Source of the DNA: Nostoc punctiforme PCC 73102 | Lineage (GTDB): Bacteria > Cyanobacteriota > Cyanobacteriia > Cyanobacteriales > Nostocaceae | Length of the DNA: 32,000 nt | Direction of reading: 5' to 3' | Assembly: GCF_000020025.1 (NCBI RefSeq) | Contig: NC_010628.1 | Location: 7,170,001 to 7,202,000 of the forward strand | In this document: positions 25,054-32,000 of the stretch, in pieces | Layout of the letters: each line of letters starts with the position of its first letter | Numbering within the stretch: the stretch's first letter is position 1 | Notes under the pieces: generated by a model | What the model was told of the DNA's origin: nothing | The model's database searches: none | What the model saw: the letters and a program-made list of their open reading frames with translations, nothing else | Program-made: the position numbers and the translations under genes

Positions 25054-25293
25054 GATTTTGGATTTTAGATTTATGATTTTGGATTAAAAGAGACAATTAG
25101 GGTACTTAGCTCTGGTAATTTTAGATTTACAATAGCGTAGCGTCAACGAGTCATCGAGGGGTTTTTAGATTTGTTTTACCCACTTTCTGGCGGCATCTGC
25201 CGAAAAGCTCTCTTAATCTAAAATCCGTCTTGAAAAGTTTGCTAGGTCGGGAAACCCTCCTTACAACTTTTCGCAAAATCCAAAATCTAAAAT
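25054..25293. repeat. Heptamer-armed element in the cphB-cphA spacer
   Basis: GATTTTG/GATTTTA heptamers at 25054-25085 are complementary to AAAATCC/AAAATCT heptamers at 25275-25293. They enclose a ~190-bp core. Confidence 0.75.
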
Positions 25294-25332
25294 TTGTGGT
25301 CAACTCAGTGTAACCTCAGATACTCTATCCCG

Positions 25333-26196
25333 TCAGCTGGAGATCCGGTGTACAGCAGGCAATACAGTGCGCTGGTACAGGTGGAAGCGATCGCCGTAGC
25401 TGAGGATATGGAGACGTAAATTATGCACGGTTAATGGTTCATTAGCACCAACATGGGGTTCGTTGGTGTGGGTGGCTTCAGTGGGATCGACAATGGTAAC
25501 ACTGCCTTTACCCATAACTTGTAACCAACCATCACGTTCAAACACTGCACAAGTATCTTCGTCAATGCCAATACCTAAGCGATCGGGGTGAGCAGCGATC
25601 GCACTAATCAACCGCCCCATCCGATTCCGGTTGTGAAAATGTTGGTCAACGATGACTTCAGGAATAAATCCCAAACCCGTTGCCATATCTACTAGGGAAC
25701 GATTTGGCGACTCTCCACTCCCGCCGCCAGCAATCATGTGATGCCCCATCACTGCCGCTCCGGCACTGGTGCCTGCTAACGTCAGTTGCCCTGCCCTAAC
25801 CCTCTGCCGAATAATTTCCATTGCTGGCGTATCTGCCAATACACCACAGAGACGGAGTTGGTCTCCTCCTGTCAAAAATACCCCACTACAGGCTTCTAAG
25901 GATGCTTTGATTTGAGAGGCTTCACACTGTTCGCGTTCGCGGATGTCTAAAATCTCTACCTTTTGGGCACCCATTTCTTCAAAAATGCGAATGTACCGAC
26001 CACCAATGATGGCAGGTTCGCGAGAAGCAGATGGAATAATTGTAATATAAGCCTTACTAGCACCGGCACGTCCAAAAAAAGTTCGTAGGATTTCGCGCCC
26101 ATGAACTTTGTCTTCTGCGCCTCCGATAACCAGAACGGCGGTTTTAGTTGCTTGGGGTGTCCTCATTTCTAGCGATTTAGCTTGTAATTGCGGCAT
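25333..26196 (-). CDS. cphB: Cyanophycinase (peptidase S51)
   Basis: Motifs VLVIGGAEDK and LAGTSAGAAVMG (nucleophile Ser). The start is set at MPQLQAK (nt 26196), which has GGAGA ~7 nt upstream. Confidence 0.93.
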   Translation of the reverse strand: MPQLQAKSLEMRTPQATKTAVLVIGGAEDKVHGREILRTFFGRAGASKAYITIIPSASREPAIIGGRYIRIFEEMGAQKVEILDIREREQCEASQIKASLEACSGVFLTGGDQLRLCGVLADTPAMEIIRQRVRAGQLTLAGTSAGAAVMGHHMIAGGGSGESPNRSLVDMATGLGFIPEVIVDQHFHNRNRMGRLISAIAAHPDRLGIGIDEDTCAVFERDGWLQVMGKGSVTIVDPTEATHTNEPHVGANEPLTVHNLRLHILSYGDRFHLYQRTVLPAVHRISS

Positions 26197-26540
26197 TTTG
26201 TTTCTCCTGTCAACAACTTCAGGTGAATTTAACAAGGTTCAGAAGGCTGATGATTTTTGCGCTTTGCAACTTTCGAGAGGACACTTTGTGGAAGTTTTGA
26301 AACTGGGCAGCCACTCTCCGAATTCTCGCTTAACGCTCGCGTTGCCTCAGTCTAAACGTGTTTGTTCCCATTCCTCAAAGCCAGGGCCTTGTTTTTCACC
26401 TGTCCACTTGCAGCAGGGCAAAATAGTCTTTAGGGGGCTAGATTCCCCCTCTGGGGCTAGGGATGAGCAGGTAAGACTACGCTTTTTTCTGAGGCTGGCT
26501 CGATGCATCCTGGAAGTTGTTAACTTGATATGATTATTAA

Positions 26541-26568
26541 TTTAAATGTAGTTGTGACAACATTTAAA
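26541..26568. promoter_or_regulatory. Dyad symmetry element in the cphB / trmD divergent region
   Basis: TTTAAATG-N12-CATTTAAA, with perfect 8-bp arms. It contains TGTA-N8-AACA, a near match to the NtcA-type GTA-N8-TAC consensus. Confidence 0.25.
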
Positions 26569-26734
26569 CATAAATTAAGTAATTAGAAAAACTTTTGATC
26601 CCATCTAAAATCCAAGAGGTCTGGTAGTTTTAGATACTATTGATAAAGTTTAACTGGAGTTTGACTCGACCTTGGCTTGGCGGTGTTTGCTAGACATCCA
26701 AATTTAAGATTAGTGTCCTTGAATACGAATAACT

Positions 26735-27451
26735 GTGCGCTTTGATATAGTTACACTTTTTCCTGACTGTTTTAACTCTGTTCTCAATTCTGGATTACTA
26801 GGTAAAGCCTTAGCTAAACAGATTGCCGAAGTGCATCTGGTTAATCCACGGGACTTTACCACTGATAAGCACCGAAAGGTGGATGATGAACCCTACGGCG
26901 GCGGCGTTGGGATGCTAATGAAGCCAGAACCGATTTTTACCGCTGTGGAGTCGCTGCCGGTTCTACCCCGAAGAGAAATAATTTTGATGAGTCCACAGGG
27001 TCAAACAATTAATCAATCTCTTTTGAAAGAATTGGTGACAAATTATGACCAACTAGTAGTTATTTGCGGGCATTACGAAGGAGTCGATGAGCGGGTGCTG
27101 CATTTGGTAACTCGGGAAGTATCTCTAGGCGATTTTATTCTGACTGGCGGAGAAATTCCAGCAATGGCTTTGATTAATGGTGTAGTGCGACTAATACCAG
27201 GAACCGTGGCTAAAACCGAGTCTCTCACAGCAGAAAGTTTTGAGGAAGGGTTATTGGACTATCCCCAATATACTCGTCCTGCCAATTTTCGCGGTTTGAA
27301 AGTACCTGATGTCTTACTCAGCGGGAATCATGCAGCGATCGCCCAATGGCGTTACGAACAACAAATTCAAAAAACCCGCGATCGCCGCCCCGATCTCTTG
27401 GAGAAATTGGAGCAGGGGAAGCAGGGGAGCAGGGGAGCAGGGGGAGAATAA
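26735..27451 (+). CDS. trmD: tRNA (guanine37-N1)-methyltransferase
   Basis: GTG start followed by RFDIVTLFP. Motifs GHYEGVDERV and SGNHAAIAQWR. The C-terminal tail QGKQGSRGAGGE is encoded by a short G-rich tandem repeat. Confidence 0.93.
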   Translation: MRFDIVTLFPDCFNSVLNSGLLGKALAKQIAEVHLVNPRDFTTDKHRKVDDEPYGGGVGMLMKPEPIFTAVESLPVLPRREIILMSPQGQTINQSLLKELVTNYDQLVVICGHYEGVDERVLHLVTREVSLGDFILTGGEIPAMALINGVVRLIPGTVAKTESLTAESFEEGLLDYPQYTRPANFRGLKVPDVLLSGNHAAIAQWRYEQQIQKTRDRRPDLLEKLEQGKQGSRGAGGE

Positions 27452-27499
27452 TTATTTCTAACTCCTAACGAATAACCAATGACAAATGACTAATGACTA

Positions 27500-27982
27500 A
27501 TGACTAAAATTCGTATTGGTAACGGCTACGATATCCATCAACTGGTGAGCGATCGCGTTTTGATTTTAGGTGGAATTCAAATTCCTCATGAACTGGGTTT
27601 ATTGGGTCACAGTGACGCTGATGTGTTAACACACGCGATTATGGATGCCATGCTTGGGGCATTATCTTTGGGGGATATTGGTCATTATTTTCCGCCGAGC
27701 GATCCCAAATGGGCGGGAGCAGATAGTTTAGTACTATTAAATCAAGTACATCAGCTGATTCGGGATCGAGGTTGGCAGGTGGGAAATATTGACTCGGTGG
27801 TAGTAGCAGAACGTCCCAAATTAAAACCGCATATTCACAATATGCGCGACAAATTAGCGGCAATTTTAGAATTAGAATCAAATCAAATTGGGATCAAAGC
27901 TACCACCAACGAAAAATTAGGCCCCGTAGGACGTGAAGAAGGCATCTGTGCTTATGCTGTCGTCTTGCTTTTGAAAGAATAA
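27500..27982 (+). CDS. ispF: 2-C-methyl-D-erythritol 2,4-cyclodiphosphate synthase
   Basis: Motifs [12 protein letters not shown] and [11 protein letters not shown]; 160 aa. Confidence 0.93.
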   Translation: MTKIRIGNGYDIHQLVSDRVLILGGIQIPHELGLLGHSDADVLTHAIMDAMLGALSLGDIGHYFPPSDPKWAGADSLVLLNQVHQLIRDRGWQVGNIDSVVVAERPKLKPHIHNMRDKLAAILELESNQIGIKATTNEKLGPVGREEGICAYAVVLLLKE

Positions 27983-27987
27983 AAATT

Positions 27988-29787
27988 ATGAAATATTCTA
28001 CAATTTTTCATATAGTTAAGCGTTTTTGCTTACCAATAATTCTGGTTTTGGCAACAGCAATTACAGTTACCGCGTGCAATCCATCTAACTTTAAAACCGC
28101 AGCTGCACAAGTTCCCCAATTGGTTCTTTCTACTACGAGCGATCCTAAAACCTTTAACTACGCCCTCATCCAAGAATCTCCCAATATTTCTGGTTTCACT
28201 TATGAGGCATTAGCTACTCAAAACGGAATAACTAAGGAAATTGAGCCAGCTTTAGCTGAATCTTGGGAACTTTCCCCAGATAAACTACGGTTTGTCTTTA
28301 CCTTGCGAGAAGGATTGAAGTGGTCGGATGGTCAGCCATTAACAGCCGATGATGTCGTTTTCTCTTTCAATGACATCTACATGAACAAGCACATTCCCAC
28401 TTATACCCAAGATGCTCTCCGCATTGGTATCAGTAAAGCTTTTCTCAAAGTCCGCAAAATCGATGAACGCCGGGTAGAATTTATTCTGCCAGAACCGTTT
28501 TCTCCTTTCTTGCGATCGATTGCAGCAGGGGTAGGAATATTACCAGAACACGCTCTGCGTGCAGCAGTGGAAACCAAAAATTCTGACGGTAAGCCAGTGT
28601 TTATGTCCACTTGGGGAACCGACACAGATCCCAAAAAAATTGTTGTTAATGGCCCTTACACAATCGAGAGTTATTCAACCAATCAACGCGTAACATTTCG
28701 GCGCAACCCTTACTACTGGCGGCAAAAAGATGCACAAGGAAAACAACTGCCATATATTGAGCGTGTAATTTGGCAAATTGTGGAATCGCCTGATACAGCT
28801 TTGCTGCAATTTCGTTCTGGAGGGTTAGATTTACTAGAAATTGGCCCTGGAAATTTTCAATTGCTCAAACGTCAAGAAAAGCAAGGTAACTTTACTATTA
28901 AAAATGCTGGCCCTGACTCTGGGACAAATTTTATAACTTTCAATCTTAACAAAGGTAGTCGCAATGGCAAACCTGTTGTAGATCCTATTAAGTCCCGCTT
29001 TTTTAACAACGTTGCTTTTAGACAGGCTGTCGCCTACGCTATAGATCGCCAAACGATGATCAACAACACTTTGCGGGGATTGGGTGAACCGCAAGACTCT
29101 CCAATTTCTGTTCCCAGTCCCTATTATTTTTCTCCAAAAGAAGGTTTAAAAACTTATGACTACAATCCAGAAAAAGCTAAACAACTTTTACTAGGAGCCG
29201 GATTCAAATACGATGATAAAGGTCAACTTTTGGACGCGGATGGTAATCGAGTCCGTTTCACAATGATGGCTGTTGCTGGTAATAGACCGACAATCACACC
29301 GAAAATTCAACAGGATCTCGGCAAGATAGGCATTAAAGTTGATTTACAATTTCTTGACTTCAGTATTATTGGAGAAAAAATCTCTAACACTCTAGATTGG
29401 GAATGTTGGTATGGAGCCATCACCGGGGGTATTGAGCCACAAGATGGTTTCAATGTTTGGTCTGTAGAAGGTAACTTTCATGTATTTAATCAGAAAGCTC
29501 AAGCCGGACAATCCCCAACAGTAGGTTGGAAAGCTACCGATTGGGAGCAGAAAATTGAAGACCTCTACATTCAAGGGGCAAGGGAATTTGATGAAACAAA
29601 ACGCAAAGCTATCTATGCAGAAACCCAACAACTCTCACAAGAGTATCTACCTTTTATTCACCTATTTAATTCCCTAGCTTTAGTAGCCGTGCGTAATACT
29701 ATTGAGAACGTAAAATACTCAGCGATAGCAGGTTACAATTGGAATATTTATGAACTCAAAGTAGTAGAAGCTAAAAAAGCTACTTAA
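27988..29787 (+). CDS. ABC transporter substrate-binding lipoprotein, family 5 (peptide/nickel/opine type)
   Basis: Signal peptide with lipobox VTAC. ~600 aa with a typical family-5 body (..LREGLKWSDGQPLTADDVVFS.., RNPYYWR). Confidence 0.85.
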   Translation: MKYSTIFHIVKRFCLPIILVLATAITVTACNPSNFKTAAAQVPQLVLSTTSDPKTFNYALIQESPNISGFTYEALATQNGITKEIEPALAESWELSPDKLRFVFTLREGLKWSDGQPLTADDVVFSFNDIYMNKHIPTYTQDALRIGISKAFLKVRKIDERRVEFILPEPFSPFLRSIAAGVGILPEHALRAAVETKNSDGKPVFMSTWGTDTDPKKIVVNGPYTIESYSTNQRVTFRRNPYYWRQKDAQGKQLPYIERVIWQIVESPDTALLQFRSGGLDLLEIGPGNFQLLKRQEKQGNFTIKNAGPDSGTNFITFNLNKGSRNGKPVVDPIKSRFFNNVAFRQAVAYAIDRQTMINNTLRGLGEPQDSPISVPSPYYFSPKEGLKTYDYNPEKAKQLLLGAGFKYDDKGQLLDADGNRVRFTMMAVAGNRPTITPKIQQDLGKIGIKVDLQFLDFSIIGEKISNTLDWECWYGAITGGIEPQDGFNVWSVEGNFHVFNQKAQAGQSPTVGWKATDWEQKIEDLYIQGAREFDETKRKAIYAETQQLSQEYLPFIHLFNSLALVAVRNTIENVKYSAIAGYNWNIYELKVVEAKKAT

Positions 29788-29886
29788 TTTTCATGTATTA
29801 TCAAGGCTAAACTTCATCATATCAGGTTTGCTTAAACAGTTATAAGACCTGTAGTTGGGTTGAGGAACTATTTGTGTATTAAGAGT

Positions 29887-31680
29887 ATGAAATTTTTTAG
29901 AAAAATATTCCTGGCAATTAAACGTTTTTGGTTGCCAATAATTCTGGCTTCAGCAACAGCACTTACACTGACCGCCTGCAACCCAGCGAACTTTAAAAGC
30001 GCAGCGGCTCAAGTACCGCAACTTGTCACCGCAGTTTTGAGTGAGCCTTCAACTTTTAACTATGCTCTAAATGAGTCAGCATATAGCGTTTTTGGCTTCA
30101 TCTATGACTCATTAATTAATGAGAATCCCCTAACCACAAAACTAGAGCCTGCTTTAGCAGAAGCCTGGGAAGTTTCTGAAGATGGTCAACAGATTGTGAT
30201 CGCTCTACGAGAAGGAATTAAGTGGTCAGATGGTCAGCCAATGACTGCTGATGATGTTGTCTTTACTTATAACGAAATCTACTTAAATCCTAAAATTCCT
30301 ACCTCCACCAAAGATGCTTTAAGAATTGGTGACAAGGGCACTTTGCCAAAGGTGAAAAAAATCGATGAGCGTCGGGTTGAATTTAGCATAGAGGAACCCT
30401 TTGCTCCTTTTTTAAGATATGTAGGTGGTATCCCAATTATGCCAGCCCATGCTCTACAGAAAGCAGTTCGCACAATTGGATCTGATGGAAATTCTAAGTT
30501 TCTCTCAATCTGGGGAACAGGCACAGACCCGAAACAAATTGTTGCCAACGGCCCATATATTATGGAAAGTTACGTTTCCAGTCAGCGAGTTATATTTCGG
30601 CGTAATCCATACTATTGGCGCAAAGATGCTCAGGGTAATCCTCAGCCTTATATTGAGCGTATTGTTTGGCAAATTATTGAATCGACTGAAAACCAGTTGA
30701 TTAGTTTTCGCTCTGGGCAGTTAGATGATTTAGAAGTTCCGCCTGAAGGTTTTAGTTTACTGAAGCGAGAAGAAAAACGGGCAAAGTTTGAAATTTATAA
30801 CGGCGGGCCAGATACAAGTACGACTTTTATTGCTTTCAATCTGAGTAAAGCGAAGAATTCTCAGGGTAAACCTTTTGTAGACCCAATTAAATCTAGGTGG
30901 TTTAATAAAAAGGAATTCAGACAGGCTATAGCCTACGCGCTCGACCGCGAAACCATGAAAACAAATGCTTATCGGGGACTGGGTGAACTGCAAAATTCAT
31001 TTGTTTATGTCAAAAGTCCCTACTTTCTTCCTCCAGAAAAAGGCTTAAAGGTCTATAATTACGAACCAGATAAATCGAAGAAATTACTGTTAGAAGCTGG
31101 GTTTAAATATAATGACCAAAATCAGCTTTTAGATGCTGATGGTAACAGAGTCAGATTTACAATCTTAACTAATTCTGAAAGGAAAGTTAGAGGAGATATG
31201 GCATCTCAAATCAAACGGGATCTCGCTAAAATTGGGATTCAAGTAGATTTGCAAATTCTCAGCTTCAATTCTTATCTAGAAAAACTTAAAGTTACGCAGA
31301 ATTGGGATTGTTACCTGGGAGGATTTGCTGGAGGCGGTATTGAACCCCACGGCGCTAGCAATATCTGGAGAATCGCCGGTGCATCCCACGCATTTAATTT
31401 GGGGCCACAACCGGGAGATCCACCCATAACTGACTGGGAAGTTTCCGACTGGGAAAAGGAAATTGACAGCCTTTACATTAAAGGGGCACAGGTATTGGAT
31501 GATAACAAGCGCAAGGAAATTTATTATGAATATCAGCGCATTGCCTCAGAACAGTTGCCGTTTATTCATTTAGTGGAGAGGTTGAATCTGCAAGCAGTGC
31601 GCGATCGCTTCCAAGGAATTCAATATACTGCTCTTGGTGGTCCATTCTGGAATCTCTACGAACTAAAAGTAACCGATTAG
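29887..31680 (+). CDS. ABC transporter substrate-binding lipoprotein, family 5, tandem paralogue
   Basis: Collinear similarity to the preceding gene along its full length. Lipobox LTAC. The start is set at MKFFRK (ATG 29887) rather than the TTG at 29860. Confidence 0.85.
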   Translation: MKFFRKIFLAIKRFWLPIILASATALTLTACNPANFKSAAAQVPQLVTAVLSEPSTFNYALNESAYSVFGFIYDSLINENPLTTKLEPALAEAWEVSEDGQQIVIALREGIKWSDGQPMTADDVVFTYNEIYLNPKIPTSTKDALRIGDKGTLPKVKKIDERRVEFSIEEPFAPFLRYVGGIPIMPAHALQKAVRTIGSDGNSKFLSIWGTGTDPKQIVANGPYIMESYVSSQRVIFRRNPYYWRKDAQGNPQPYIERIVWQIIESTENQLISFRSGQLDDLEVPPEGFSLLKREEKRAKFEIYNGGPDTSTTFIAFNLSKAKNSQGKPFVDPIKSRWFNKKEFRQAIAYALDRETMKTNAYRGLGELQNSFVYVKSPYFLPPEKGLKVYNYEPDKSKKLLLEAGFKYNDQNQLLDADGNRVRFTILTNSERKVRGDMASQIKRDLAKIGIQVDLQILSFNSYLEKLKVTQNWDCYLGGFAGGGIEPHGASNIWRIAGASHAFNLGPQPGDPPITDWEVSDWEKEIDSLYIKGAQVLDDNKRKEIYYEYQRIASEQLPFIHLVERLNLQAVRDRFQGIQYTALGGPFWNLYELKVTD

Positions 31681-31826
31681 TCATTGGGCACTTGTACTGA
31701 GCGTATCGCTAAAGCGAAAGCTCCGCTAACGCGCAGCGTCTCCGTTAGGAGAAGGCGAAGTATTGGGCATTGGTTATTCACAAAGGACAAATGACAAAGG
31801 ACAAATGACCCATGACAAATGACAAA
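31677..31826. repeat. Heptamer-armed (STRR-like) intergenic element, homologous to 12534-12688
   Basis: It shares TTGTACTGAG...GAAGTATTGG..TTATTCACAAAGGACAAATGACAAAGGACAAATGAC with the copy at 12534-12688, and its mini-hairpin is TCTCC-GTTA-GGAGA. Confidence 0.85.
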
Positions 31827-32000
31827 ACCTTGCGATCGCTCCTCGAAGCGGTTGCCAATGGTAAAGTTACGCCAGATACGGCATTAGACTCACTCAAAAA
31901 CTTAACTTATGAATCTGTGGGTGAGTTTGCCAAAATTGACCATCATCGCCAGCTAAGAACTGGTTTCCCAGAGGTGATTTGGGGTCCCGGTAAGACTCCC
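31812..32000 (+). CDS. larB: 5' part of a LarB-like (PurE-related, nickel-pincer cofactor biosynthesis) gene; runs off the window
   Basis: An open frame runs from ATG 31812 to the window end: MTNDKTLRSLLEAVANGKVTPDTALDSLKNLTYESVGEFAKIDHHRQLRTGFPEVIWGPGKTP. The DHHR..RTGFPEV..G.GKT pattern is typical of LarB-family N-termini. Confidence 0.65.
   Translation, partial: MTNDKTLRSLLEAVANGKVTPDTALDSLKNLTYESVGEFAKIDHHRQLRTGFPEVIWGPGKTP

Noticed and set aside
26108-26533. A 141-aa plus-strand ORF in the cphB-trmD divergent region.
   Set aside because: It overlaps the 5' end of cphB in antisense, has a Ser/Arg/Leu/Cys-rich composition and no recognisable motif. It is more likely non-coding promoter DNA.
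1-32000. tRNA, rRNA, tmRNA, RNase P or riboswitch signatures.
   Set aside because: No T-arm-like GGTTCGAATCC-type motifs or rRNA-like stretches were seen in any intergenic region. A covariance-model scan (tRNAscan-SE, Rfam) would be needed to be definitive.

Overview
This 32-kb chromosomal window looks like a filamentous, Nostocales-type cyanobacterium. The signs are very frequent HIP1 GCGATCGC sites, short tandem (mostly heptamer, STRR-like) arrays filling most intergenic spacers, the cphB-cphA cyanophycin genes and pentapeptide-repeat proteins. I call about 26 protein genes. Most are housekeeping or metabolic: a phnD-phnC-phnE type ABC importer, a NUDIX hydrolase, malQ, a pseudouridine synthase with a RodZ-like gene, cdsA, cbiT, a membrane-anchored Ser/Thr kinase, tatA, cphA, cphB, trmD, ispF, two tandem family-5 lipoprotein substrate-binding proteins, and the 5' end of a larB-like gene. 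Two accessory-looking patches stand out. (i) 0.3-5.1 kb holds a candidate sRNA, an orphan RHH protein, and a 959-aa NACHT-type STAND NTPase with a C-terminal pentapeptide-repeat module and an unassigned N-terminal domain. That gene is preceded by a tandem array of about 12 units of 21 bp, and the locus is bracketed by a perfect 19-bp direct repeat. This is my best candidate for an uncharacterised conflict/defence-type system. (ii) 9.9-12.1 kb holds a frameshifted DUF2281-like antitoxin gene and an intact IS701-like insertion sequence with 21-bp inverted repeats and an ATAA target duplication, bracketed by ~86-bp direct repeats. There is also a single ORF fusing pentapeptide repeats to a RidA domain. 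I saw no rRNA, tRNA or CRISPR array. All functional calls rest on motif and family recognition by eye; no database search or computation was run.
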